Positions 1-12,035 are shown, counted from the first letter of the stretch. The stretch is DNA of 64,000 bases from an uncultured Acidobacteriota bacterium (GCA_963698025.1 OY969112.1:1684455-1748454); one strand, 5' to 3'. Notes: generated by a model from the letters alone, not told the origin. Numbers and translations: made by a program.

Positions 1-413
1 ACCCCCAGGGTGGCGAAGAGGCCGGGGTCCGCCTCCGCGCTCTGGGTGCGAGTGGGCTCGCCACGGGTGCCCGGCACGCGGATCGCGGTGATCTGGCCGC
101 TCCTCTCCCACGGCCGCAGGTCGGTGTGGGTGACGGCGCGCACGCCGGGGAGCGCCTGGAGGGCGCGCCGGTCCTGATCCACCAGCCGGTTGAGGGCGGC
201 CGGGTCGCGCAGGCGGTCGTCGAACGGGTTGCTCTGGACGACGGCGATGTGCTCGTCGTCGAAGCCGGAGGGCTTGGCGAGCTTGGCTCGCGTATCCAGG
301 ATCAGGCTCAGGCAGTTGGCCACGATGGCGAGCGTCAGCGCCACCTCGGCGATGATGAGGATCACCCGCGCGCGGTTGCGCAGCAGGGAGCGGAAGATCG
401 GTCCGAATTCCAT
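1..413 (-). CDS. ABC transporter permease (MacB/FtsX family), N-terminal part; runs off the left edge
   Basis: ATG at 413 with an upstream GGAG; translates MEFGPIFRSLLRNRARVILIIAEVALTLAIVANCL..., a typical MacB-like first TM; follows a paralogous permease. Confidence 0.85.
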   Translation of the reverse strand, partial: MEFGPIFRSLLRNRARVILIIAEVALTLAIVANCLSLILDTRAKLAKPSGFDDEHIAVVQSNPFDDRLRDPAALNRLVDQDRRALQALPGVRAVTHTDLRPWERSGQITAIRVPGTRGEPTRTQSAEADPGLFATLG

Positions 414-422
414 GGCGGTCTC

Positions 423-1751
423 CTACTGGCTCTTGAGGTGACGGGCGGGCGGGACGGCGCAGATCCGCCACGCGGGATAGAGGCCGGCGATCGCCCCGGC
501 CAAGAGCGACAGGGCCACGGCGGCGAGGACCATGGGAACGTCGAGCTGGAAGAACGCCACCCCCTCTAGACCATCGCCATAGACGCGGTTGAGGACGGCG
601 AGGCCGGCCACCGAGAGCAGCACTCCCAGCAGGCCGCCGGCCAGCCCCATCAGCTCGCACTCCACGAGGTGCTGGACGAAGATCGTCCACCGGCTCGCCC
701 CCAGCGCGCGGCGCACCCCTACGTTCGCTGCCCGGGCCAGGAACTTGCCGAGGAACAGACCGATGAGGTTCAGCGCCGCCACCACCAGGAAGAGCAGGGA
801 GATGACCGCCAAGGCCTTGGTCTGCGGCGGCACCACCCGCAGCTCCGCCATCAGGTCGAGCAGGGAGGTCAGCCGGTTGTTGGGGGTGTGCGGGAAGCGA
901 CCGAGCTTCTTCTGCTCGGCGACGTAGGCGTCGACATAGCTCTTGAAGGACCGTACCGCGCGGGCGTCCGGCAGCTCTGCCCAGAACCCCAGGAACAGCA
1001 CCTCGTTGATCATCAGCCGCGAGGCATAGGGAAGCTTCTCCTCTCCAGGCTCCGGGGTCCGCCAGTCCATCTGCATTTCGGAGACCTGGAGCTCCATCGG
1101 CCCCGCCAGCGCGAGGGGGACGAAGACCGGCTCCGGCGCCCCCAGCGGGTCGCTGATCAGCCCGTAGGCCCGCACCCGCGGGCGCCAGGGGCCGAGCACG
1201 CCGGCCACCTTGAGCTCGTGGCTGTCCAGCCGGATGGTGCGGCCGACGCTGTTGGCGCCGCCGAACAGGCGGTCGTTCAGGGCCGAGCTGATCACCGCCA
1301 CCGACTCCGGCCTGGCGTCCGCCTCGCGGCTCCACGGTCCGCCGTAGCGGAACGGCACGGCGAACATCGGAAAGAAGTCGGCCGTGGCGAGACGGACGCT
1401 CTCCCGGGACGGACGCTCGCTCCCGGCCGGAAAGAGGGTGGCCCGCGAGGAGAAGGTCGCCGTGCTGCGGACCGGGATGCGGCTCTTCAGCAGCTCCAGC
1501 GCGTCGCGCCAGGTGACCAGCGGCGGCGGATCCTGGCGGAACGGGGTGTCCGGCGCCCCCCAGGAATCCATGCGCACGTAGTAGAGGGAACCGCTCTTGC
1601 CGGGGACGGGGTCCCGCGCCAGGACGTGATAGGCGGTGATGAAGGTCGTCGAGACCCCCACCCCCAGGGCGATGCCGAGCAGGATCAACCCTGAGAGCAC
1701 CGGATAGCGCTGGACGCTCTTCCAGGCGAGGCGGACGTTGTAGAGCAGCAT
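423..1751 (-). CDS. ABC transporter permease (MacB-like periplasmic core plus FtsX domain)
   Basis: N-terminal TM, 'GVRRALGASR..IFVQHL.E' motif, C-terminal 'GLYPAWR'. Confidence 0.92.
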   Translation of the reverse strand: MLLYNVRLAWKSVQRYPVLSGLILLGIALGVGVSTTFITAYHVLARDPVPGKSGSLYYVRMDSWGAPDTPFRQDPPPLVTWRDALELLKSRIPVRSTATFSSRATLFPAGSERPSRESVRLATADFFPMFAVPFRYGGPWSREADARPESVAVISSALNDRLFGGANSVGRTIRLDSHELKVAGVLGPWRPRVRAYGLISDPLGAPEPVFVPLALAGPMELQVSEMQMDWRTPEPGEEKLPYASRLMINEVLFLGFWAELPDARAVRSFKSYVDAYVAEQKKLGRFPHTPNNRLTSLLDLMAELRVVPPQTKALAVISLLFLVVAALNLIGLFLGKFLARAANVGVRRALGASRWTIFVQHLVECELMGLAGGLLGVLLSVAGLAVLNRVYGDGLEGVAFFQLDVPMVLAAVALSLLAGAIAGLYPAWRICAVPPARHLKSQ

Positions 1752-1763
1752 GGCGTTCTCTCC

Positions 1764-2507
1764 TTATCTCGCCGCCAGGGCCGCCGCCTGACGCTTGTCC
1801 GCGTCAGACCGGTTGAGGGGGAACGGCGCGATCCGCTCGAAGTCGACCAGCCGGCCGTCGGCGATGTGGAGCTGCCGGTGGGCGCGCGCCGCGTGCTCCG
1901 GGTTGTGGGTCACCATCACGATGGTGGTGCCGGCCTCGTTGACAGCCTCGAGGATCTCCATGATCTCGCGCGCCATCGCGGAGTCGAGGTTCCCCGTGGG
2001 CTCGTCGGCCAGGATCAGCTTGGGATCGCCGGCGAGCACGCGGGCGATGGCTACCCGCTGCTGCTGGCCGCCCGAGAGCTGCGAGGGGAGATGGCGCAGG
2101 CGCGAGGAGAGCCCCACCATGGCGACCGCCTTCTCGATCCGCTCCTTGCGTTCCCGGGCCGGCAGGCGCCGGTAGCGCAACGGGACGTCGACGTTGTCGA
2201 ACACGTCGAGGTCCGGCAGCAGGTTGAAGCCCTGGAAGATGAAGCCGATCTTCGAGTTGCGCACGCGCGACATCTCGCGGTCCGAGAGGCGCGAGACGTC
2301 CATCCCGTCGAGCGTGTAGGTCCCCTGCTCGAAGGCGTCGAGCAGCCCCGAGACGTTGAGGAACGTCGTCTTCCCCGAGCCCGAGGGGCCGGTGATGGTG
2401 ACGAACTCCCCCTCCTCCACCTCCATCGAGAAGTCGCGCAACGCCCGGGTCTCGACCAGCCCCGTGCGGTAGATCTTCGAAACGTTATCCATTTTCAGCA
2501 TCGGCAT
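1764..2507 (-). CDS. ABC transporter ATP-binding protein (LolD/MacB type)
   Basis: Walker A GPSGSGKT, LSGGQQQR signature, ILADEPTGNLD. Confidence 0.96.
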   Translation of the reverse strand: MPMLKMDNVSKIYRTGLVETRALRDFSMEVEEGEFVTITGPSGSGKTTFLNVSGLLDAFEQGTYTLDGMDVSRLSDREMSRVRNSKIGFIFQGFNLLPDLDVFDNVDVPLRYRRLPARERKERIEKAVAMVGLSSRLRHLPSQLSGGQQQRVAIARVLAGDPKLILADEPTGNLDSAMAREIMEILEAVNEAGTTIVMVTHNPEHAARAHRQLHIADGRLVDFERIAPFPLNRSDADKRQAAALAAR

Positions 2508-2540
2508 GACGGTCTCCCTGATGGCTTTGAATGAAATTGA

Positions 2541-3815
2541 TCAGCGCCGTACGAGGACGGTTTTGGCACCCTTGAACGGTTCCATCTCGGAGAGGAGGAT
2601 GCGGTCCCCCTCCTTGAGGCCGTCGACGATCTCCACCTCGGAAACGCTGGTCGCGCCGACCCGGATGGGGCGCAGGCTGGCGAGGCCGTCGGCGAGCACG
2701 TAGGCCTGCCGGCCGCCGCCCCCTTCGAGGAACGGCCCGCGAGCCACCTTGAGCACGTTGGGACGGGTCTCGAAGATCAGCCGCACGGAGACCCGCTGGC
2801 TCTGGCGCAGCCCCTCCGGCATCCCCTCTTTGAACTGCACGGTCCCCTCGACCTGTCCGGCCCGCACCTCGGGTGAGACGGCGGTCAGCGTGCCCGGCAC
2901 CTCGCGGCCGCCGTAAGAGATGGCCGCCGGCGTGCCGGCCGTCGCCTCCGCGGCGTAGGATTCGGGGATCTCGACCTGGATCTCGAACTTCGAGAGGTCG
3001 ACGATGGTCAGCAGCGGCGCGTTGGGCGGCACGGCGTCGCGGTCCTGGGCGTCGACGGTGGCGATGAGGCCGTCGAACGGGGCGCGGATCGTCAGCTCCC
3101 CCACCCGGCGCTCGAGCTCGGCGACCACCAGACGCTGGCGCTCGACCTGCCGGCGACGGTCCTGCACCTCGAAGTCGCGCGATTCACGTCCCAGGCTCCC
3201 GCCCTTGTCCGCCTGCTCGAGCTGGACCTCGGCGATGTGCACGGCGTCGCGGCTGCGCTCGTAGTCGACGACGTTGAGCAGGCCGTCGGCGTGGAGCTTC
3301 TCGGCCCGCTGGAGGTCGCGGCGGGCGGCCTCCAGGCTGACCCGCCGGAGCTTGAGGGTCTGCTCGTCCCCCTGGTTCTGCTGGCGGGCGGCGAGATCGC
3401 CGCGGGCGAGGTCGGACTCGGTCGACTGCAGCCGGGCCTGCTCTTGGGCGAGCTGCGACTTCAGGTCCGGGCTCTCGATCGTGGCCAGCACGGTGCCGGC
3501 CTTCACCGCCTCGCCGGCCTTGACCGCCAGCGCGACGATCCCCTGGGCCGGGCTGTAGAGCCGGGGGTGGTTGGCGGCGACGACACGCCCCTGGGTGGAG
3601 GCGTCCCGTTGCAGGTCGCCGCGCACCACGGTGCCGACCTGCACGCGGTCGAGGTCGACCGACTGCTCGGCCCGCGCCCACCGCTGGAGCGAGGGGGCCA
3701 GGGCCGCGATCAGCGCCACGAAGGCGGCGATCACCCCCAGCCCGATCTTCACACGCCGGGAGAGCCCCGGCGCCTTCTGGAGAACCTGGTCCATGGAATC
3801 GGTTGGTTGGATCAT
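2541..3815 (-). CDS. Efflux periplasmic adaptor (HlyD/MacA family)
   Basis: N-terminal TM, lipoyl half-motifs, coiled coil, 'IRAPFDG', 'VEIVDGLKEGD'. Confidence 0.92.
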   Translation of the reverse strand: MIQPTDSMDQVLQKAPGLSRRVKIGLGVIAAFVALIAALAPSLQRWARAEQSVDLDRVQVGTVVRGDLQRDASTQGRVVAANHPRLYSPAQGIVALAVKAGEAVKAGTVLATIESPDLKSQLAQEQARLQSTESDLARGDLAARQQNQGDEQTLKLRRVSLEAARRDLQRAEKLHADGLLNVVDYERSRDAVHIAEVQLEQADKGGSLGRESRDFEVQDRRRQVERQRLVVAELERRVGELTIRAPFDGLIATVDAQDRDAVPPNAPLLTIVDLSKFEIQVEIPESYAAEATAGTPAAISYGGREVPGTLTAVSPEVRAGQVEGTVQFKEGMPEGLRQSQRVSVRLIFETRPNVLKVARGPFLEGGGGRQAYVLADGLASLRPIRVGATSVSEVEIVDGLKEGDRILLSEMEPFKGAKTVLVRR

Positions 3816-3830
3816 GCCGATCCCTTATAG

Positions 3831-3845
3831 GCAACCGCTGTGCCA
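3831..3845 (-). promoter_or_regulatory. sigma54 (-24/-12) promoter of the ABC export operon
   Basis: Minus strand reads TGGCAC-AGCGG-TTGC, the exact consensus, 15 nt upstream of the ATG at 3815. Confidence 0.8.
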
Positions 3846-3927
3846 TGGCGAAACGAATCCACAACTCCAATCTTTTCAGCCATATAAGATTCCGGACAAG
3901 CGTCCGCCCGGCCGTCCGGTTGACAGG

Positions 3928-3948
3928 TGTCCGGCGGACGGCCGGACA
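3928..3948. promoter_or_regulatory. Palindromic upstream activator site (candidate enhancer-binding-protein site)
   Basis: TGTCCGGC-N5-GCCGGACA, with further half-sites nearby, about 85-100 bp upstream of the sigma54 promoter. Confidence 0.55.
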
Positions 3949-4006
3949 GGTGTCCGGGCGTTTCCATCCATGTCCTGGCCGGAGATCGCGGGGGTATACT
4001 TACCTC

Positions 4007-4240
4007 ATGAGCAGAGCATCGGCAGCGGCACGGATCTGGCTCCTGGAAGAGGTTCGAGGACGCCGGTTAGGCCACGGCAAGGCCGCCGAGCTGGCGGGAG
4101 CTCCCCTTACGGATTTCCTTCGCCTGATGGGGGAGCACCACATCACTCCCTTTGACTTCGACGACGACGAGCTGGCGAGAGAGCTCGGTGCCGGGCCAGA
4201 ACCAAAAAAAGAGGCGCGCGACATTCGTCACGCGCCATGA
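4007..4240 (+). CDS. UPF0175-family small HTH protein (antitoxin-like, orphan)
   Basis: 'LGHGKAAELAG....FLRLMGEHHI....D.DEL..EL' pattern; TATACT 6 nt before the ATG. Confidence 0.7.
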   Translation: MSRASAAARIWLLEEVRGRRLGHGKAAELAGAPLTDFLRLMGEHHITPFDFDDDELARELGAGPEPKKEARDIRHAP

Positions 4241-4292
4241 ATGAGAGGAGGCTCCGCAGGAGGACCAGCGGGCGGCCGGCCCTCCTCGCGAT
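4203..4292 (-). ncRNA. Candidate sRNA A (hairpin, CCUCCUCUCAU, terminator)
   Basis: Minus strand: AGGAGGGCC..GGTCCTCCT stem, CCTCCTCTCAT, GGCGCGTGAC..GTCGCGCGCC stem, T7; no minus-strand gene ends here; 5' end approximate. Confidence 0.5.
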
Positions 4293-4477
4293 AGCCACTC
4301 AGTAGTAAGTTGCCGCACCCCCGGTTTTTTTGACACGGAATCGCAAAATCGATCCACGAAGTTGGACATCGGCGTCCACGGGCTTGGATTTACTCCCCTA
4401 CTTCCCCGCCTATCTCCCTCGGAGAGGGGCTGGAACCACTCTTGCTGTAGTCCTGGAAAACCGGGAGATCCAGACCC

Positions 4478-6991
4478 ATGCGAATGCCGCGACGCCTTGC
4501 TGTTGACAGCCTCCCCTTGCTGTTCGCCGTCTTTCTTCTCCCGCTCCCAAGCGGCGCCGCGACCGGGGGTGTAGCGGGCATGGTGGTGGACGGGAAAGGG
4601 AAGCCGGTCGCGGATGCCAGGATCGAGCTGACGCGGACCCCCGGTGGGTTTCCGCCCTCTTGTGGATGTTCCCAGGACCCGGAGATCTACCGCGCCCGCA
4701 CCGGTCCGACCGGCCGTTTTGAGGTTCGCGGCCTGCCCGCCTCCTGGTTCGAGCTGCGGATCGATCATCCGGCCTTCGCCCCCCTGATCCGGAAGGAGGT
4801 CGTCGTGCCGGACGCCGCCGGAGCGGTCGATCTCGGCAGGCTCACCCTGAATACCGGCAGGAAGCTCGACGGGATCGTGATCGACGGCGAGGGCCGGCCG
4901 CTGGCGAACACCGCGATCTGGATCCGGGATTCGGAACCCCGGCCGGAGGGGTACCCGTTCATCCAACGAGGCCCGCGGCAGGTTACGGGAGCCGACGGGA
5001 AGTTCTCGATTCCTATCGAGAAGGTGGAGGGCTTCGAGATCTATGCCTGCCGGCGCGACCGCTCGCGATTCACGTGGACGCTCGACGAGCTTCCTCAGCC
5101 TCTCCGGATCGTCCTGCCCTCCTCCGGACGCGTTCCCGGCCGGATCGTGGATCCGGAGGGGCACCCGGTTCCGGGCGCTCGGGTCTCGGCGGGGATGGCC
5201 GGGGGGACCTTCAGCGACTTCATCGACTCTTACGATCCCTGCCCGCAGAACGATCGTAGCGCCTCGGCCGTCACGGACGCGGAGGGACGGTTCGTCCTGG
5301 AGCCCATCGCGCAAGGTGCCTTCGGGGTCTGGGTATCCGCGGACGACTTCGTGCCGTACACACAGCAAGAAGTCGAGCTCGGAGGGGCGAGCGGCCTGCG
5401 GAATCTGGACATCGTTCTCCAGCGGGGCGCCGCCTCCCTCGCCGGCCAGGTCCGCACAGGGACCGGCGGAGCTCCGGTGCCTGGCGTCAGCATCTACTTG
5501 AGCTGCCAGGGAGGCCAATCGAGCACTTCGACGGGTCCTGACGGGCGCTACCGTCTGGGCAGTCTCACCCCCGGAGGAATGTGCCGCCTCTCGGCGCGCA
5601 GCGATCGGTTCAATGAGGTGGAGGCCACGGTCGAGGTCAAGGCCGCGGAGAACCATCTCGACCTTCAGCTCGTGCCCATCGAGACCCTGGAGATCCACGG
5701 CCGGGTGATCGGCCCCGCGAACGAGCCGGTCGCGGGCGCCGAGGTCGAGATCCGAAGCGCACTCGATGGAAAGAAGCATCTCACCGCCGCGGACGGCTCC
5801 TTCGCGGTGGAGACGTTCGCTGGAAGCACCGAATGCAGGCTTTCCGTCTGGAAGGACGGGTACGCCGCGTACCGCTCGCCAAACGTCAAGTGCGGCGAGG
5901 CTCCGGCGAAGGAGGGGGTGATCCGGCTGGAGCGGGCGCTCACCTTGACCGGACGTCTCCTCCATCTCAATCCGGAGCAGCTCAAGACCGCCCGGATCGC
6001 CGCGAACAATGAGTCTTTCCTCACTCCCCGTGCCAGCGTCTCCCCGGACGGGACCTATCGGATCGTGGACCTCGGCCCCGGCGAATGGAACGTGAGCGTC
6101 GTTGCCGGACGACGGATCGTCGAAGGCCATGTGACGCTGCGGCGCGGCCAGGACAACGCGACCCTCGATCTCTCCTTCCACACGCAGTTCCCGGTCCGCG
6201 GCCGGGTCTTCGGACCCGACGGCGAGGGGATCGCGGGCGCGTGGCTCAGTTTCAGAGGAGCGAAGTACTTCTCGGACCGGGCACGCACTCAGGGGGACGG
6301 ATCCTTCGAGATCCTGCTGGAGAACGGCTCCTATACGGTCCAAGTCAATGCGCCGTCTGGACCGTATGATTCGACCGAAGACCACTGGCACATCGACCTG
6401 CCCCCGATCCTGGTGGCGGACGCCCCGTTGGAGGGGATCGACGTCCACCTGAAGAAAGGCACGGCGCTCCACGGCTGCATTCCAGGTCTGCTCCCTGACG
6501 AGCACCCCGTGGTCCAGGCTTCCCACCAGGGCACCACCTGGACGTATACGATCAAGGCGGACGGGTGCTATCGGTTCAAGGACCTCGAACCCGGCGACTG
6601 GTCGGTCACCACGCAGCTCCGAACCGATTACCCCCAATTCTTCCGTGACGGGAAGGACCGGCAGGTCCAGAGTCACGTCACAGTGACGCCTGGAGCCTTG
6701 GAGACCGTTCTCGACCTGGATCTTGCCCTCGGCGACCGGACGCTGACCGTCCGTCCCACGGGGACGGAAAAGCCTGAAGGGCTCTTTTTGAGGCTGCTCT
6801 TCCCCGCGGGTGGAACCCTGATCGATTACGCGGGCCAGGAAGCGGATGGAGCGTTTCACGTCCCTCGGCTCCGGGCAGGGGACTACCGGATTCAGATCAT
6901 GGGCCCAAAAGACCGGGTCCTGCTGACGGGGTCCGTCGAGCTGACCTCGGACCAGGAGATGGTGGTCGATCTGCCGAAGGAGGACCGATGA
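4478..6991 (+). CDS. Secreted carboxypeptidase-regulatory-like (Cna-B/beta-sandwich) repeat protein
   Basis: Signal peptide; repeated 'G.V.D..G.PV.GA.V' and 'TD..GRF....L..G' modules. Confidence 0.85.
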   Translation: MRMPRRLAVDSLPLLFAVFLLPLPSGAATGGVAGMVVDGKGKPVADARIELTRTPGGFPPSCGCSQDPEIYRARTGPTGRFEVRGLPASWFELRIDHPAFAPLIRKEVVVPDAAGAVDLGRLTLNTGRKLDGIVIDGEGRPLANTAIWIRDSEPRPEGYPFIQRGPRQVTGADGKFSIPIEKVEGFEIYACRRDRSRFTWTLDELPQPLRIVLPSSGRVPGRIVDPEGHPVPGARVSAGMAGGTFSDFIDSYDPCPQNDRSASAVTDAEGRFVLEPIAQGAFGVWVSADDFVPYTQQEVELGGASGLRNLDIVLQRGAASLAGQVRTGTGGAPVPGVSIYLSCQGGQSSTSTGPDGRYRLGSLTPGGMCRLSARSDRFNEVEATVEVKAAENHLDLQLVPIETLEIHGRVIGPANEPVAGAEVEIRSALDGKKHLTAADGSFAVETFAGSTECRLSVWKDGYAAYRSPNVKCGEAPAKEGVIRLERALTLTGRLLHLNPEQLKTARIAANNESFLTPRASVSPDGTYRIVDLGPGEWNVSVVAGRRIVEGHVTLRRGQDNATLDLSFHTQFPVRGRVFGPDGEGIAGAWLSFRGAKYFSDRARTQGDGSFEILLENGSYTVQVNAPSGPYDSTEDHWHIDLPPILVADAPLEGIDVHLKKGTALHGCIPGLLPDEHPVVQASHQGTTWTYTIKADGCYRFKDLEPGDWSVTTQLRTDYPQFFRDGKDRQVQSHVTVTPGALETVLDLDLALGDRTLTVRPTGTEKPEGLFLRLLFPAGGTLIDYAGQEADGAFHVPRLRAGDYRIQIMGPKDRVLLTGSVELTSDQEMVVDLPKEDR

Positions 6992-8559
6992 GGACGCCGG
7001 GGCCGAGGTCTCTCTGCCTCCTTGCCCTGCTCCTGTCGGCCCCGCTGAGCGTGGCGGCCGGAGCCGCCCAACCAACAGCCTCGGCCAGCGGCGTCGAGAC
7101 CGGAAACCAGACGATGACGATCCGCCACCCGTCCGGCCAGGCGCGTCGCAAGCTGGCGGTGGCTCGCGGCGAAAACCGGCGGCCGGACCTGACCCTCGAC
7201 GACGACGAGATCCGTGAGATCCGGGGGCGCGTGACCGGACCGGACGGCGCGCCGGTCGCGGCCGCCGACGTCCGGATCGCGTCCCCCGCGGCTCTCCAAA
7301 CGGCAACGCAGGGTATGTCGACAGGTCCGGACGGCTCCTTTCGACTGAGCTTCCGGCGCGGTCTCTCCGGCGGTGACCCCATCGAGGTCGAGGCCGGCAA
7401 GCCGGGCTATCGGAAGCGGCTCCTGCGGCTCGATCCGGCCGTGGCGTTCCCGGACCCTCTCGAGATCCGGCTCGATCCCGGCATGCGCCTCACCGGGTAC
7501 GTCCTCGACTTCGATCCGGAGAGACTGGAAACCCTGTCCGTGGAAGCTCGCCAGGGCGAGGATCACTTCACGTCGCAGGTGAGCCGGGATGGAGAGTACC
7601 GGTTCGCCGGTCTGGATCCCGGAGACTGGACCGTCACGGCGGAGGACTACGGGATGGCGGAGGATTCCGAGCCTCATTGCGGCGCCGCCACGATAACCCT
7701 GGAGCCTGGAATGGAGGAGACCGTCCTGAATCTCCGGATGCTCTCCAAGGTCAAGGTCAAAGGGAGGGTCCTGGCGCCCGACGGCACGCCGGTCGGCGGC
7801 GCGATGGTCACCTTCCGTAACCTCGACGAGGGTGCCCCCGCCTGCGCGCAGGTTTTTGTGGCGCTCACCTACGACCAGAGCGACGGCGCCTTTTCGACCC
7901 AGATGCCGGAGGGGCGATACTCCGTGCTGGGGGACGTGCATGACTCGGGGGACTACGCTCCCAGGGTCCTGGAAACGCCGCTGACGGTCGCGGCCCTCCC
8001 CGTCGAGGACCTGGAGATCCGTCTCGAACCCGGCGGCAGTGTCAGCGGGCGGCTCCCCGGCCTGCTTCCCGAAGAGGCGGACGCCGTATCCATACGAGCC
8101 ACGGCCGGATCGGTCTCCCGTTCGGCCCAGGTCTCCGCCGACGGCACCTATCGCCTCGCCGGCCTGGGCCCCGGAGACTGGTCGATGGACGCCTCTCTCT
8201 ACCGGGATAGAGGCGTGAAGGAACTGGAAACCCGGACGAAGCTGGAGCCCGGGCAGACCGGGGCGCACCTCGACCTGGACCTCGTGGGGGAGCTGAGCCT
8301 CTCCCTCCACTTCGCCAGCGGCGACGAGCCGATCCAGCTCAAGATGCGGCTGTCGCGGTCCGACTCCCGAGGGGACCTGAGCGATAGCGCCGATCTCGCC
8401 GACCTCATGAACGCCGACCGCTACCGCTTCAGCCGGCTCCCGGCCGGGAGGTACCTCCTCAAGATCGAGGACGAGGGGCACCACCGGGAGCTCGAACGGT
8501 CGATCGACCTCTCATCCAGCCAGGAGATGACGATCGACCTGCTGGAAAAAGACCGCTGA
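6988..8559 (+). CDS. Secreted carboxypeptidase-regulatory-like repeat protein (paralog)
   Basis: ATGA overlap with the upstream gene; same module motifs; similar C-terminus (QEM..DL.....). Confidence 0.82.
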   Translation: MRTPGPRSLCLLALLLSAPLSVAAGAAQPTASASGVETGNQTMTIRHPSGQARRKLAVARGENRRPDLTLDDDEIREIRGRVTGPDGAPVAAADVRIASPAALQTATQGMSTGPDGSFRLSFRRGLSGGDPIEVEAGKPGYRKRLLRLDPAVAFPDPLEIRLDPGMRLTGYVLDFDPERLETLSVEARQGEDHFTSQVSRDGEYRFAGLDPGDWTVTAEDYGMAEDSEPHCGAATITLEPGMEETVLNLRMLSKVKVKGRVLAPDGTPVGGAMVTFRNLDEGAPACAQVFVALTYDQSDGAFSTQMPEGRYSVLGDVHDSGDYAPRVLETPLTVAALPVEDLEIRLEPGGSVSGRLPGLLPEEADAVSIRATAGSVSRSAQVSADGTYRLAGLGPGDWSMDASLYRDRGVKELETRTKLEPGQTGAHLDLDLVGELSLSLHFASGDEPIQLKMRLSRSDSRGDLSDSADLADLMNADRYRFSRLPAGRYLLKIEDEGHHRELERSIDLSSSQEMTIDLLEKDR

Positions 8560-8730
8560 GGCATGGACCGGCGCCGGAGCGCTCAGCTCCAGCACCGTCA
8601 CGGTGTCCGGCAGGGTCCGGGGGTGGCGGTGGGACAGGAAATACCAGACGACCAGGGCGAGCACGATCAGGGCCAGGAGCATCGCCCAGACGGGGATGCC
8701 CTTCTTCCGCGGGTTTCTGACTTCAGCCAT
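8512..8730 (-). CDS. Small single-TM membrane protein
   Basis: AGGAGG RBS; MAEVRNPRKKGIPVWAMLLALIVLALVVWYFL. Confidence 0.65.
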   Translation of the reverse strand: MAEVRNPRKKGIPVWAMLLALIVLALVVWYFLSHRHPRTLPDTVTVLELSAPAPVHASAVFFQQVDRHLLAG

Positions 8731-8756
8731 CGCAAACACCTCCTGGCAGCGAGAGC

Positions 8757-8772
8757 TGCAAGGGGCGGGCCG
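8757..8772 (-). promoter_or_regulatory. Probable sigma54 promoter for the small membrane protein
   Basis: CGGCCC-GCCCC-TTGCA with correct GG-N10-GC spacing. Confidence 0.5.
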
Positions 8773-8804
8773 AAATGAGCGGATCGGACCGGAATGAGTC
8801 GCGG

Positions 8805-9761
8805 TCAGACCCGGGACCCCAACAGGGCGATTCCAGACACCAGCAGGGCGATTCCGAGAATCGCCAATCCGGACAGAGAGAGCGCAGGCACGACGATCGG
8901 AGCGATGGCCACGAAGCCGGTAGTGGTGGCCCAGCTAGTGGGCGTAAAATTATCGTCCCTCGCTTCCGGGTGGATAATCGCCGTATTTGAGCCTTGGCCA
9001 ACTTGATTGGCGCGGACGAAGAACCGAATCGATTCGACTCCCGGCAGGAACTGGTCCCGTTCACAGAAGATCTGCCCGGAGGCTCCGACAGGTGGGAGGG
9101 TGCAACGCCAACCGGGGGCATCGATTCCGGCGAAGGAGGCGCAGGAAGGAAGGGTGTCTTGCAGTGTCGTGTAGTAGGCGCCCGAGGGCCCAAGATTCTT
9201 CACCGTGAGGACGAGAGTTGCGAGCTCCCCGACGGGAACCACCACGGGCGAGGCTGACGAAGTCACGGAAACGACTGCAATGGTATCGGCCACACTGATA
9301 ATGTGAGTGTCGGTCGCGGTGTTGTTGCTGGTGTTCGACTCGGGAGTGTCCGAAGAGATCGTGACCGTGTTACTCAAAGCCGTTCCGAGCGGGATATCAG
9401 GAGCAACCCCCAGAGTGATCTTCATGGTCGACCAGTTCGTGAAAATCACTGGCGGCGAGAGGGAAGGCGCCGTGCAGCGTACGGCCTGCTGTCCCCCTCC
9501 AGTAGAGAGACCGCAAGCCCATCCCGGAGCCGGCTGGACCGATACGAAAGTGGTGTAAGGGGGAAGGGGGTCCGTGATCACCAGGTTCTGCGCCGTCGCT
9601 CCGAAGTTGGCGAACAACACTGTATAGGTGAGAGCAGTTCCCGAGAAGAACGCGAGCGGCGGGCTGGAAACGAGCCTGAGATCCGCCTCCTGCGCCCACA
9701 GTCGGCAGGCGAGCAAAAGGAAAACGGCATACATCCCCAAAAACCGCGATCGTTGTTGCAT
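8805..9761 (-). CDS. DUF11 repeat protein with IPTL-CTERM-like sorting signal
   Basis: Signal peptide; two 'TYTV...N.G...A....TD.LP' DUF11 units; C-terminal VPALS plus TM. Confidence 0.85.
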   Translation of the reverse strand: MQQRSRFLGMYAVFLLLACRLWAQEADLRLVSSPPLAFFSGTALTYTVLFANFGATAQNLVITDPLPPYTTFVSVQPAPGWACGLSTGGGQQAVRCTAPSLSPPVIFTNWSTMKITLGVAPDIPLGTALSNTVTISSDTPESNTSNNTATDTHIISVADTIAVVSVTSSASPVVVPVGELATLVLTVKNLGPSGAYYTTLQDTLPSCASFAGIDAPGWRCTLPPVGASGQIFCERDQFLPGVESIRFFVRANQVGQGSNTAIIHPEARDDNFTPTSWATTTGFVAIAPIVVPALSLSGLAILGIALLVSGIALLGSRV

Positions 9762-9773
9762 TCGGCCTCCTAT

Positions 9774-12035
<2,262 letters not shown>

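Noticed and set aside
4067-7306. 1079-aa minus-strand ORF
   Set aside because: Antisense shadow of the 4478-6991 gene; stop-poor because of high GC; no motifs
8819-8853. CAGGGCGATTCC repeated at 21-bp spacing
   Set aside because: Explained by repeated G-I-A-L-L codons in the TM tail of the DUF11 gene
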